Part shown: positions 47,603-57,493 of the stretch, one piece after another
Position numbering within the stretch: position 1 is the first letter of the stretch
Layout of the letters: every line of letters starts with the position of its first letter
Origin: Candidatus Binatia bacterium
GTDB lineage: Bacteria > Desulfobacterota > Binatia > Bin18
NCBI GenBank assembly: GCA_951812575.1
Contig: OX638322.1
Location: 203,442 to 267,441, forward strand
Direction of reading: 5' to 3'
Length of the DNA: 64,000 nt
Notes under the pieces: generated by a model
Database searches by the model: none
What the model saw: the letters and a program-made list of their open reading frames with translations, nothing else
Told to the model about the DNA's origin: nothing
Program-made: the position numbers and the translations under genes

Positions 47603-49573
47603 TTATTTGACCTTACCCGTCTGGGTTGTGTCGTAGCCGTCCAGTTGTTCGACCGCACGTTTGAAAGCGTCGGAGCGGATAACGGCAGCGAGCCGCTGGC
47701 CCTGATCGCTGTTGAAGAAGGCTTTCTGAAAGACGAGGTCGTACTCCTCGCGCTCAATGGGAACAAAGTCGAGCCCCAGGGCTTTGGCCGCCGATTTGAC
47801 GCCGAGACCGGTATCCACCAAACCGCTGGCAATGGCCACCGCGACCGCCATATGGGTGGTTTCTTCGCGCTCGTAGCCCTGGATGCGTTCCGGTTTGATA
47901 CGGAGCTTACCCAGCTTATAGTCCAACAGCACGCGCGTGCCCGCCCCCGGCTGGCGATTGATAAAGGTCATATCCTTGCGCGTCAGGTCTCTGAGATTCT
48001 TGATCTTTTTGGGATTGCCTGTGGGAACGATCAGGCCCTGTTCCCGAATGACCAGAGTCATCACAACCGACTTGGCGAGCAGCCGCTGTTTTTTGAGGTC
48101 GGGCAGATTATAGACACCGCTGGCGGGGTCGAGCAGGTGGGTGCCAACCATATGGGCCTCGCCCCGTCTCAGGGCGACCAGACCGCCGAGTGAACCGATA
48201 TTGCTGGCGGATATTTTGAGACCCGGATGCTGGGCGCGGAGCTGGTCGTCAAGCACGCCAATGGTCAGGTCGTTGCTGCCGGTAAACAGAATCGTATTGG
48301 CGATTTCCTCTGCCGGACGCAGGAGTTCGACCTGCACCTCCGTGCCGGCGTTCAAGCCCTCGTCCAGGGACGGAATGCGCAACACTCCGTCGGCTTTGAC
48401 CATGGTGGTGATGACCCCGGCGCCGCGGCCGATGGGGTTGGCCACGATCGTATCGCCCACCTGACCGAGGTTGACCCGGACAAACTCTTCCAGGCCGAGC
48501 CGCGACGGCACCTTGCGCGGCAGAACCGCTCGGATCTTCGCGGGCTCCTCGGCCGGCCGGCCGAGATAATGGGCGATCAGCTTACGCAGGACCTGCTGAC
48601 AGATGACGACCGCGGAAACCGGATAGCCGGGCAGGCCGATGACCGGCGTGCCGTCAAGAACCGCCAGAATTGCGGGCTTGCCCGGCATGACATCAATGCC
48701 GTGAACCAGGATGTCGCCCAGCGATTCCAGGGCCCGCAGCGTGAAATCGTGCTCACCCGCCGAAGAGCCGGCAATGACGATGACGATATCGTGCCGCTTG
48801 ACCGCTTTTGCCAGCGCCCGGGTAATGGTTTTGAGATCGTCAACGACTCGGGGCAGCCGTTTGGGCGTGCCGCCCCACTCTTCGACAAAAGCCCCGGCAA
48901 CGCGGGAGTTAAACTCGATAATTCGGCCCGGCTCGGCCGGGTCGCCGGGTTCGATCAGTTCCGAGCCGGTCGGGATAATGCCGACCGTCGGCGGGGCAAT
49001 AACCGGAATGGTGGTGTGACCGGCGGCCAGCAGCGCGCCCAGGTCGTACGGCCGCAGCTTATGGCCGCGCGGCAGCAGCGGCTCGGTGGCAACAATGTCC
49101 TCGCCGACGAGGCGGATGTGCTGCCACGGGGTGGCGGAATCACGAATTTCAATCTCGGCGTTGTTTTTCTTAAACACCCGCTCGATCATGACGACCGCAT
49201 TGGCCCAGGTCGGAATGGGGTGGCCGGTATCGACATATTGAAACGGCGGCGGGGTGGCCGCACCGTTCTTTTTCCGACGCGGCTGGACATCCTTTGCAAC
49301 CCGCTTGAGCGTCAGCGGAGCAAACTCACTGGCGCCGAACGTATCCTCGGCTCGCACGGCAATGCCATCCATGGCCGCACCGTGGTAATGCGGGGCGGAC
49401 AGCACCGCGAAAATGGGTTCGGCAGTGGTACGGTGGAGGGCTTTTTCGACCGGGACACGCTCGGTTCTGGTTTTGGGCGGGACGGCCCCAAGAAAAATAT
49501 CGAGAGCGTCTTCCAGCGATTTCTTTTTGAGATAGCGCTTGCGGTCGGTTTTGGCGGCGGGCTGTTCGTGCAT
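47603..49573 (-). CDS. moeA: MoeA fused to periplasmic-binding/LysR substrate-binding domain
   Basis: AMDGIAV, PTGSEL, GLPGYPVSA; C-terminal GSLGGL, NRQPGAGTR, LGLDFVP. Confidence 0.85.
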   Translation of the reverse strand: MHEQPAAKTDRKRYLKKKSLEDALDIFLGAVPPKTRTERVPVEKALHRTTAEPIFAVLSAPHYHGAAMDGIAVRAEDTFGASEFAPLTLKRVAKDVQPRRKKNGAATPPPFQYVDTGHPIPTWANAVVMIERVFKKNNAEIEIRDSATPWQHIRLVGEDIVATEPLLPRGHKLRPYDLGALLAAGHTTIPVIAPPTVGIIPTGSELIEPGDPAEPGRIIEFNSRVAGAFVEEWGGTPKRLPRVVDDLKTITRALAKAVKRHDIVIVIAGSSAGEHDFTLRALESLGDILVHGIDVMPGKPAILAVLDGTPVIGLPGYPVSAVVICQQVLRKLIAHYLGRPAEEPAKIRAVLPRKVPSRLGLEEFVRVNLGQVGDTIVANPIGRGAGVITTMVKADGVLRIPSLDEGLNAGTEVQVELLRPAEEIANTILFTGSNDLTIGVLDDQLRAQHPGLKISASNIGSLGGLVALRRGEAHMVGTHLLDPASGVYNLPDLKKQRLLAKSVVMTLVIREQGLIVPTGNPKKIKNLRDLTRKDMTFINRQPGAGTRVLLDYKLGKLRIKPERIQGYEREETTHMAVAVAIASGLVDTGLGVKSAAKALGLDFVPIEREEYDLVFQKAFFNSDQGQRLAAVIRSDAFKRAVEQLDGYDTTQTGKVK

Positions 49574-49620
49574 GTGGGTCGCTCTCACGGGCAATTCATG
49601 AATTGCCCCTACATTGGGCT

Positions 49621-49692
49621 GGGCAACCACAGGGGGTTGCCCCTACAGTTTTCATTCCCTCGCCCCTTGGGGGAGAGGGCTAGGGTGAGGGG
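49621..49692. repeat. Composite REP repeat, inverted copy at 52263-52334
   Basis: GGGCAACCACAGGGGGTTGCCCCTACAG.TTTCATTCCCTCGCCCCTTGGGGGAGAGGGCTAGGGTGAGGGG; another REP (GGGCAATTCATGAATTGCCC) lies just left. Confidence 0.85.
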
Positions 49693-49699
49693 TTCTCCA

Positions 49700-51040
49700 T
49701 TAGAACAGAATCACGTCAACTTCTTCTCCGGCCTCTCGGCCTTCTTCATTATGGGGAATACAGACCATGCCGTCGGCCTGCACCAAGCTGAAGATCGCGC
49801 CGGATTTTCCCGGCAGCGGCTGGGCGAGCTGCGAGCCGCGCTCGCCATTTGGGGCGGCGTTTTGCAGCCTGACCCGGACGTAATCCTCCCGTCCGGGGGC
49901 GGAGGCAATGTTCTGGGCCAGCCGGGCGCGGGTCGTGCGCAGCGGCACAAAGGCCGTGTCCGCGGACTCGCCGCCTATCATCCGCACCAGCGGCGCGCCA
50001 AAGAGGGCAAAGACGACCAGCGCCGATACCGGGTGACCGGGCAGCCCCATGACCGGCTTGCCGGCGGCGCGGGCAAAGATCGTCGGCTTGCCCGGAGCAA
50101 TGGAAATACCGTGAAAGAAGAGTTCCGAGCGCGGGAATGAACAGATAACGTCCAGCGCCATGTCCTTGATACCCACCGAGCTTCCACCGGACACCATCAC
50201 GACGTCGGCGGCTTTCAGCGCGGTGGAGAGCGCCTGAGTAAACGCCTGCGAATCATCTTTGATGACGCCCAGGTCGGTCACGGTCCCGCCACATTCGGTA
50301 ATCATGGCGTGGAGAGAATACTGGTTCACGTTCCGGATTTGGCCGGGGCGGGGCGAGCGTGAGGGCGGAATGATCTCATCGCCCGTGGAAATCAGCGCCA
50401 CGGTCGGGCGTTTATGGACTGGCACTTTGGTAATCCCTACGCCGGTGAGCGCGCCGATATCGTGGGCGCGCAGGCGGCGGCCGGCGGGAAAAATCGGCTT
50501 CTTCTTCTTAATATCCTCGCCAACCCGGAGAATGTTTTCCCACGGCGACACGCTGCGTAAAATCTCGACTGTCCCGTCGCCCAACTCCTCGGTGTATTCC
50601 ACCATGACCATGGAGTTCGCGCCTGGCGGGAGCATGCCGCCGGTTGCAATCCGCATGGTCTCGCCCTTCTTGAGCCGGCGTTTCGCTTCCGAGCCCATCT
50701 CGATTGCCCCAGCGAGTTTGAGATAGGCCGGCAGACTGGCCGACGCCCCAAAGGTATCCTGGGCGCGGACCGCATAGCCGTCCATATTCGTCCGGTTGAA
50801 ATGGGGCAGATCGACCGGCGAGATCAGGGGCTTGGCCAGCGTCCGTCCGCAGGTGTCGAGCACCGGGATCTGTTCGCTTTTAGTGTGGGGAGCAAAGGCG
50901 GCAAGCTGGCTACGGGCTTCCTCGGACGTCACCACCCGAAAAAAGGCTTTGACCGGGGCCGGGGCTAGAAGAGTAGACGTGTCAACGTTTCTCTGTTTGG
51001 AGGACACGTTTACTCTTTGAGCCGCTGATGCGCGAGGCAC
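49700..51040 (-). CDS. moeA: Molybdopterin molybdotransferase MoeA (true start probably somewhat downstream)
   Basis: MDGYAV, IATGG, STGDE, SGGSSVG, GLPGHPVSA. Confidence 0.9.
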   Translation of the reverse strand: MPRASAAQRVNVSSKQRNVDTSTLLAPAPVKAFFRVVTSEEARSQLAAFAPHTKSEQIPVLDTCGRTLAKPLISPVDLPHFNRTNMDGYAVRAQDTFGASASLPAYLKLAGAIEMGSEAKRRLKKGETMRIATGGMLPPGANSMVMVEYTEELGDGTVEILRSVSPWENILRVGEDIKKKKPIFPAGRRLRAHDIGALTGVGITKVPVHKRPTVALISTGDEIIPPSRSPRPGQIRNVNQYSLHAMITECGGTVTDLGVIKDDSQAFTQALSTALKAADVVMVSGGSSVGIKDMALDVICSFPRSELFFHGISIAPGKPTIFARAAGKPVMGLPGHPVSALVVFALFGAPLVRMIGGESADTAFVPLRTTRARLAQNIASAPGREDYVRVRLQNAAPNGERGSQLAQPLPGKSGAIFSLVQADGMVCIPHNEEGREAGEEVDVILF

Positions 51041-51819
51041 GGCAGTTCCTTCCTCACTTTTTCCAGATAATCGAGATCAATCTCGGCGGTAATGAAACAC
51101 TCGCGGTCGGGCGCCCGGGCAATAATCTTGCCCCACGGGTCAATAATCATGGAGTTGCCATAGTCGGCAAAGCCGTACACGTTTTTCCCGATCTGGTTCG
51201 GGGCAATGATATACACCTGGTTCTCAATGGCCCGCGCCCGCAGCAGGGCTTCCCAGTGGGCCGCACCGGTCGGAAAGGTAAACGCCGACGGAACGGAGAT
51301 GATTTCCGCGCCTTTGCGGGAGAGACCCCGGTAGAGCTCCGGGAAGCGGAGATCGTAGCAGACCGAAAGCCCTATTGTGCCGAGCGACGTGGAGGCCACG
51401 ACAACTGCGCCCCCCGGCTTCATGCTGTCGGACTCTCTGATGCTGACCTGACCAGGGATATCAACATCAAAGAGGTGAATCTTACGGTACTGGGCCAGCA
51501 AGTCGCCCTGCGGGCTGATCAGCAGGCTGGTATTATAGGCACGGATTTCGTCCGATTTTTCGAGGAAGGAGCCGGCCAGCAGGTGGACCCCGAGTTGGGT
51601 TGCCAACTCTTGCAGGCGATGTGTGGTCGGACCGGGGATAGGCTCGACCTGTTCGGGCTCTTTTTTATGCCGTCCACGCCAGGAAAAGACCTCCGGCAGC
51701 ACGACCAGGGCGGCGCCCCGTTCTGCGGCCAAACGCACGAACGTTTCGGCCTTGGCCAGGTTCTCTTCTTTTGAAGCGGACGCGGTCATTTGAATCGCCG
51801 CGGCGAGGTAGGATCGCAT
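51010..51819 (-). CDS. Carbon-nitrogen hydrolase (Nit/deaminated glutathione amidase-like)
   Basis: LPE, YRKIHLFD, CYDLRFPE, RARAIEN. Confidence 0.9.
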   Translation of the reverse strand: MRSYLAAAIQMTASASKEENLAKAETFVRLAAERGAALVVLPEVFSWRGRHKKEPEQVEPIPGPTTHRLQELATQLGVHLLAGSFLEKSDEIRAYNTSLLISPQGDLLAQYRKIHLFDVDIPGQVSIRESDSMKPGGAVVVASTSLGTIGLSVCYDLRFPELYRGLSRKGAEIISVPSAFTFPTGAAHWEALLRARAIENQVYIIAPNQIGKNVYGFADYGNSMIIDPWGKIIARAPDRECFITAEIDLDYLEKVRKELPCLAHQRLKE

Positions 51820-51951
51820 GATTCAGACTCCCTCAGTCTCTGAGGACGAAGACTACCGAACGCCTCACGGGGGGTCAAGAGAAGAGGCAGGCTCTTTGCG
51901 ACTCCCATCTGTTTCGATACAGATACATCAGAACGACCCTACGGCCTATAT

Positions 51952-52242
51952 ATGCGATTTCAGACGAATAGAGTGAACTGGCGGTGGCGGCTTCAACTCA
52001 TGGGCGGAGTCCTGGCAGTCCTTGGGATGCTCCTCACCGGCTGCCAAACACTTCAGTATGCGCTGTCTTTTACCGAGTCGCGGCGGGACCCACGGCTCGC
52101 CCGGATATTGGGCACACGAGCGGAACTGGAGGAGCAGTACTGGCAGTGTCGGGTTGAGCACGGGAGTGCCGACGCCGCCGAGTGTGCTGAGTACAAACGA
52201 GAATTGGACAAGCCGCCGGCGCTGCCGGCGGCCTCAGAGTAG
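51952..52242 (+). CDS. Putative lipoprotein
   Basis: Basic N-terminus, hydrophobic stretch, lipobox LTGC. Confidence 0.55.
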   Translation: MRFQTNRVNWRWRLQLMGGVLAVLGMLLTGCQTLQYALSFTESRRDPRLARILGTRAELEEQYWQCRVEHGSADAAECAEYKRELDKPPALPAASE

Positions 52243-52262
52243 GGGATGGGCGGGCAGGGAAC

Positions 52263-52334
52263 CCCCTCACCCTAGCCCTCTCCCCCAAGGGGCGAGGGAA
52301 TGAAAGCTGTAGGGGCAACCCCCTGTGGTTGCCC
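52263..52334. repeat. Composite REP repeat, inverted copy of 49621-49692
   Basis: Reverse complement matches with one visible mismatch over 72 nt. Confidence 0.85.
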
Positions 52335-52347
52335 GGTCCCCCGAGAA

Positions 52348-53106
52348 TCAGGACCTCGGCATATCCATAACGGCCATGCCTTCCAAAGCCAGCCCATACC
52401 CCAGACCGTCGAGCATCAGTTTTTTGATCTGATGGGTAATGGAGATGCGTGCATACCGTAGCGTCAGCGGAGGCTGTTTGGCCAATTGTTCGGCCAACTC
52501 CCAGGCACGAGCGGACAGTTGATCCGGTGGCAGCACCTCATTCACCACCCCAAGGCTGAGCGCCTCCTGGGCGGACAGCTTTTGCCCGGTCAGGAGAAAA
52601 TAGCGCCCCCGGTTGGCGCCCAAAAGCAGCGGCCAAACCAGATGGACGCCGTCCCCCGGCACAATACCGTTTGGGAAATGCGGAGCGTCCTGAAACGCCG
52701 CGGCCTCGGACGCGAGCACGATATCGCACAGCACGGGGATCTCGGCATGGATGAGGGCCGGCCCGTTGACCGCGGATATCATAGGTACGGGAATATCGAG
52801 CAGATTCATCAGCAGCCGCTTCCCTTCCCAGTACACGGTGTCCCAGCCGCGGGGCGTACCCAGGCTATCCCCAAAGCTGGCAAAATCTATGTCCGCACAA
52901 TAGCTGTCGCCCGTTCCGGCCAGAATAACGACTTTATTCTCCGGGTCGGCTCCAATATCAACGCAGGCGTGGCCGATTTCGCGGTGGGCCGGTTCATTCC
53001 AGACCAGCGGCCCGTCGTTGACGTGAAAGGTGACTTCGAGAATGCCGTTGCGACGCTGCATTTTCATTGTCTCGTACTTATTGGCATAATCTTCCAATTG
53101 GCTCAT
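52348..53106 (-). CDS. Enoyl-CoA hydratase/isomerase (crotonase) family protein
   Basis: PMISAVNGPA, CDIVLAS, VPGDG, YFLLTGQ. Confidence 0.85.
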   Translation of the reverse strand: MSQLEDYANKYETMKMQRRNGILEVTFHVNDGPLVWNEPAHREIGHACVDIGADPENKVVILAGTGDSYCADIDFASFGDSLGTPRGWDTVYWEGKRLLMNLLDIPVPMISAVNGPALIHAEIPVLCDIVLASEAAAFQDAPHFPNGIVPGDGVHLVWPLLLGANRGRYFLLTGQKLSAQEALSLGVVNEVLPPDQLSARAWELAEQLAKQPPLTLRYARISITHQIKKLMLDGLGYGLALEGMAVMDMPRS

Positions 53107-53219
53107 CTGTCCCCTCCTGTGTTCTTTTACCTCTTCTTCTAACGCTTCTCTCAGGGCGCTGTCGAGAGATATGGTATATGAGGAATACGTCTGCACCAAT
53201 AAAAGAAAGGTGAATAGCC

Positions 53220-53873
53220 ATGCCGCAGTTTGAGAGAACCGAGCGAACCCGATTACGCCGCATGCCGGAGCGCGCGTCGTACGACACGGCAGTCGTTGAG
53301 GCTATTTTGGCGGAAGGCTTGTACTGTCATGTCGGCTTCAGCGTTGACGGCCAGCCGTATGTGATCCCGACGATCTACGCGCATATTGAGGACCGGCTGT
53401 ATGTTCACGGTTCGGCTGCGAGCCGGATGCTGCGCACGATTGGGGGGAGTCTGCCGGTCTGCGTCACGGTTACCCTGATGGACGGTCTGGTGCTGGCCCG
53501 TTCTGCCTTTCATCATTCGATGAATTATCGTTCCGTGGTGATTCTCGGCCAAGCCACAGAAGTCACCGATCCGGACGAAAAGCAGACCGCCCTCAAAGCC
53601 ATTGTCGATCACGTCATGCCCGAACGCTGGGCTGACGTCCGCGAACCGTCGGCTCAGGAACTGAAGGCCACCAGCGTAATCCGGGTGCCCCTGGAAGAGG
53701 TGTCGGCAAAAATCCGCACCGGGCCACCAGTGGATGCGGAGGAAGACTATCAGCTCAACTGCTGGGCGGGTGAGCTGCCCTTGCACCTGGTGCCGCAACA
53801 ACCGGTCGCCGACCCGCAACTCCGGGCCGATATCACTCTGCCGGAGTACGCGCAAAACTATAAGCGCCCCTGA
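53220..53873 (+). CDS. Pyridoxamine 5'-phosphate oxidase-like flavin-binding protein
   Basis: PYVIPT, LYVHGS, DGLVLARSAFHHSMNYRSV. Confidence 0.88.
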   Translation: MPQFERTERTRLRRMPERASYDTAVVEAILAEGLYCHVGFSVDGQPYVIPTIYAHIEDRLYVHGSAASRMLRTIGGSLPVCVTVTLMDGLVLARSAFHHSMNYRSVVILGQATEVTDPDEKQTALKAIVDHVMPERWADVREPSAQELKATSVIRVPLEEVSAKIRTGPPVDAEEDYQLNCWAGELPLHLVPQQPVADPQLRADITLPEYAQNYKRP

Positions 53874-53881
53874 GGGGAATT

Positions 53882-54514
53882 ATGTACCGTCCAAAAGCAT
53901 TTGTGGTTTCGGACCCCGAGCAGCTACGGAGTTTTATCGAGCAATACAGCTTTGCCACGTTAGTGAACACCGTAGATGGACGCCCCTTTGCGACCCATCT
54001 GCCGTTCCTGCTTGAGCCCAACACGTCAGCGCACGGGGCACTGCTTGGCCACATGGCGCGGGCCAATCCGCAATGGCAGGCTTTCAAGGGCGGTCAGGAG
54101 GTGCTTGCTATATTTCAAGGACCGCACTCCTATATCTCCCCGAGTTGGTACGAGACTGCACCCGCCGTTCCAACCTGGAATTATGCAGCGGTGCACGTAT
54201 ATGGCGTGCCGCGCATTATCGAGGACGGGGAACGGCTCGCTACTTTGGTTGACCGCCTCACCGCTGTCTATGAGTCTGGGATGCCACAACCGTGGCCAGG
54301 GGATATCCCGGTAGACTTTAAGCAAAAGCTGCTCAAGGCCATTGTCGGCTTTGTGATCGATATCACGCGCATAGAAGGAAAATTCAAACTTGGTCAAAAC
54401 AGACCGCTCAAAGATCAACAGGCTGTGGCCCAACGGCTCGCCACGCAGACTGATCCTGTTGCGCATGAATTGAGCAAGCTGACGCTGGCGCAGCTCGCAA
54501 AAAAGGCTTCCTAG
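53882..54514 (+). CDS. PaiB-like FMN-binding protein
   Basis: ATHLPF, GHMARANPQW, YISPSWY, VPTWNY, KFKLGQN. Confidence 0.88.
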   Translation: MYRPKAFVVSDPEQLRSFIEQYSFATLVNTVDGRPFATHLPFLLEPNTSAHGALLGHMARANPQWQAFKGGQEVLAIFQGPHSYISPSWYETAPAVPTWNYAAVHVYGVPRIIEDGERLATLVDRLTAVYESGMPQPWPGDIPVDFKQKLLKAIVGFVIDITRIEGKFKLGQNRPLKDQQAVAQRLATQTDPVAHELSKLTLAQLAKKAS

Positions 54515-54638
54515 AGCAACCGTGAAATTCCAGCTACTCGGAGAAAGCTTGAGCGGATCGATAACCGCGGTGTAATTTTATAAGTACGTGAACACGCCCT
54601 GGCACGGGCTGGGTAACCTGCGCAAAAAGAGGCGGCAG

Positions 54639-56348
54639 ATGGCCAAAGCAAATATCTTGAACACGCGCACGATCAACTATCTGGAGTTGATCGGCAACGG
54701 CAAATCATACCGCGTGCCTCCCTACCAACGCGATTACTCGTGGTCGGAAGAGCAATGGGAGGACTTGTGGAACGACATTGTCGAGTTACGACCAGAGCCG
54801 GAAGACGTCCATTATATGGGTGCCTTGGTCGTCGAGGGAAGAAGCGATCGTGAGTTCTTGATTATCGACGGTCAGCAACGGCTTGCCACGCTAAGCCTGT
54901 TTGCACTGGCCGTGATCGGTAGGTTACAGGCCATGACCGACGCCGGTATCGATTCAAAGGCCAACGCTGAGCGCGCTCAGGGACTTCGCAGCCGCTTCAT
55001 CGGGGAAAAGGACCCAGCCTCGCTCACCGAAAGCAGCCGACTTTATCTGAATGAAACAGACGACGCCTTCTATCAAGACTATCTGGTACAGCTGCGGCAG
55101 CCGCTTAATCCGCGTCGCCTGCCAAAGTCGAACCGACTGCTGTGGGAATGCTTTCGCTATTGTACTAGGCGACTTGATGAGATGGAGGCGTTGAAGAACG
55201 ACGGACAGTCTGTAGCAAGCCTATTGTCTGAAACGGTCGCTCGCCAACTCGTCTTTATTCTGATTACCGTAGACAATGAACTTAACGCCTACACCGTGTT
55301 CGAGACGCTCAACGCGCGGGGTCTAGAGCTGACGACGACAGATCTGCTGAAAAATTACCTCTTCTCCCGAGTCCGCGTTACCGCCGACTTGGAGGCTCTC
55401 CAGCGTCGATGGCAACGGCTCATCGCGACAGTCGGACAGGCACGGTTTTCGCAATTTCTTCGCTACCACCTGCTGTGTGAACAGCCTCAGGTTCGGAGTC
55501 AACGACTCTTCAAGCTGGTGCGTGACCACACAAAAACAGCCGCCGATGTGTTTGCTCTGCTAGACCAGTTGGAGAAGCGTGCCGAGCTGTTTGCAGCGGT
55601 TTTAGACTCCAGTCACGGCTATTGGATCGAATTAGAGGATGCAAGACCGTATATTCGTGAACTCAACCTGTTCCGTGTACAGCAGATGATGCCGTTGCTG
55701 TTCGCTGCCTGGGAATGTTTCTCGGAAGAAAATTTCGTCCGGGTCTTGAAGCTCATCAGTGTGATCTCGTTCCGGTACAGCGTGGTCAGCGCACTCAATA
55801 CCAACCCGCTCGAGCCGGTTTATCACCATGCTGCTAAGGCAGTGCTGGACGGACAGGCGAAGACTCCGGCGGAAGTGTTTGAGTGCCTCAAGCCAGTCTA
55901 TGTAGGTGATGACCGAATGAGAGAGGACTTCGCTCGGCTTGTCGTTGATACGGGCGGCCAGTGGAACAAACTGACCAAGTATATTCTCGCCCGGCTTGAA
56001 GGTGACGCTTCCGGCCGCGCGTGTGACCCGGACACCGACCCCGGCACGGTTGAGCATATTCTTCCCGAGAACCCAGCAGACTCTTGGAAAGAGGATTTTG
56101 CGCCTGAGTTGTGGGAAGAGGAAGTCTATAGTCTGGGGAATCTGACGCTTCTCGAATCTGCCACTAACCGCAGCCTCGGGAACGCCGCATATATCGAAAA
56201 GCTGGCGACCTACAGCCAGAGTAGCTACGCCCTGACCCGACGCATCCCAGAAATCGCTCCCAAACAGTGGACGCCGGAGTTACTGGATGCCCGTCAGCGG
56301 CAACTCGCCGAGCGCGCCGTACACCTATGGCGGGCGGATTTCGCATGA
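54639..56348 (+). CDS. DUF262-DUF1524 (GmrSD-like) nuclease
   Basis: VPPYQRDYSW, IIDGQQR, FETLNARG, EHILP, LGNLTLL. Confidence 0.85.
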   Translation: MAKANILNTRTINYLELIGNGKSYRVPPYQRDYSWSEEQWEDLWNDIVELRPEPEDVHYMGALVVEGRSDREFLIIDGQQRLATLSLFALAVIGRLQAMTDAGIDSKANAERAQGLRSRFIGEKDPASLTESSRLYLNETDDAFYQDYLVQLRQPLNPRRLPKSNRLLWECFRYCTRRLDEMEALKNDGQSVASLLSETVARQLVFILITVDNELNAYTVFETLNARGLELTTTDLLKNYLFSRVRVTADLEALQRRWQRLIATVGQARFSQFLRYHLLCEQPQVRSQRLFKLVRDHTKTAADVFALLDQLEKRAELFAAVLDSSHGYWIELEDARPYIRELNLFRVQQMMPLLFAAWECFSEENFVRVLKLISVISFRYSVVSALNTNPLEPVYHHAAKAVLDGQAKTPAEVFECLKPVYVGDDRMREDFARLVVDTGGQWNKLTKYILARLEGDASGRACDPDTDPGTVEHILPENPADSWKEDFAPELWEEEVYSLGNLTLLESATNRSLGNAAYIEKLATYSQSSYALTRRIPEIAPKQWTPELLDARQRQLAERAVHLWRADFA

Positions 56349-56478
56349 TTGACAAGGGATTGTGCATATCCCGCAGCTACTACCTACCTCGGTAGCCTCC
56401 TGGTTAGTCTGGATCGGAAATGGTCTACAACCACCCTGGTACAACGGAGGAGCCGGGCGCAAATGCTAACCCTACGCC

Positions 56479-57471
56479 CTATTCCGCCAGCGCTCCGCCG
56501 CAGGAGCTGCCCGCGCCGGCGGTGCAGCCGTAGCAATGGGAATCCAGACGAATGTCCCGACCGATGAGCTGCCGGACGAGACTGCTGGCTGAGTGTTCGC
56601 CTAAACGCAGAGGGGTGCCGTTACCCAGCCGCAGATCAAGCATCTGGTTGAAATCACAGTCGTACAGATAGCCGTTCCAGGAGATGCTCACCAAGTGACG
56701 GCACATCAAACTCTCCAGCGTGGCCGGATTGAATGCCTGGGCCAATAGCTCCATGTATTCGGCCAGTTTGCCATCGCGCTCCAGGCTATGAGCAAAACGG
56801 GCGATGGGCATATTCGTAATCGTCAAGAGATTGTTAAACGCCAGCCCAAAGCGTTCGCCGAGTTCTCGTTTATAATCCGCCTCCAAGTTTTGCTGGGGCG
56901 GCGGCAGGTGAGCGCCAACCGGGTTATAGACAAGATTGAGGACTAGGCCCGAACCTGCCTGCCCATAGCCCAGGGCGTTCAGTTGTCGGAGGGCGGCAAT
57001 GGATTTCTCGTAGACACCGTGGCCGCGTTGCGCCGAGACGTTCTCTTCCGAGTAGCAAGGCAGGCTGGCAAAGATTTCAACCTGGTGTTTGGCCAGGAAC
57101 TCAGCCAGGTCTTCCTGGCCGGACTCAAACAGGACGGTCAAATTACAGCGGTCCAGCACATGCCGGCCGTCTTGGCGGTTTTGCTCAACCAGAAAACGAA
57201 AGGAGGGATTCAGCTCAGGCGCGCCGCCGGTCAGATCAACCGTTCGAGCCTTGGCCGCGCGGATGAGATCAAGGGCCAGTTCGGCCGTTTGCGGCGCCAT
57301 GATCTCGGTCCGTTTCGGACCGGCGTCCACATGACAGTGGAGGCAGGCCTGGTTGCACAGCTTGCCCAGGTTGATCTGAACGGTATCCAGATTGACCCGT
57401 TTAAGAGGAAAATTCTTCTCTTGGCCTACCCGCTCTGTAAAAGGCTGAAAAGATTGTTCAGCAACGTGCAT
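56479..57471 (-). CDS. arsS: ArsS-family radical SAM protein (DUF3641 C-terminus)
   Basis: CNQACLHC, DLTGGAPELN, YDCDFNQML, HCYGCTAGAGSSCGG. Confidence 0.85.
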   Translation of the reverse strand: MHVAEQSFQPFTERVGQEKNFPLKRVNLDTVQINLGKLCNQACLHCHVDAGPKRTEIMAPQTAELALDLIRAAKARTVDLTGGAPELNPSFRFLVEQNRQDGRHVLDRCNLTVLFESGQEDLAEFLAKHQVEIFASLPCYSEENVSAQRGHGVYEKSIAALRQLNALGYGQAGSGLVLNLVYNPVGAHLPPPQQNLEADYKRELGERFGLAFNNLLTITNMPIARFAHSLERDGKLAEYMELLAQAFNPATLESLMCRHLVSISWNGYLYDCDFNQMLDLRLGNGTPLRLGEHSASSLVRQLIGRDIRLDSHCYGCTAGAGSSCGGALAE

Positions 57472-57493
57472 GCCTGTGTATCCACTCCTTGGG

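Noticed and set aside
48227-50140. 637-aa + strand ORF, and similar long antisense ORFs (17504-18733, 24702-26033, 44198-45253)
   Set aside because: Antisense shadows of well-supported genes in GC-rich DNA; no recognisable motifs
56479-56520. Selenocysteine in ArsS C-terminus
   Set aside because: Motif is GSSCGG with a TGC codon; the stop is TAG
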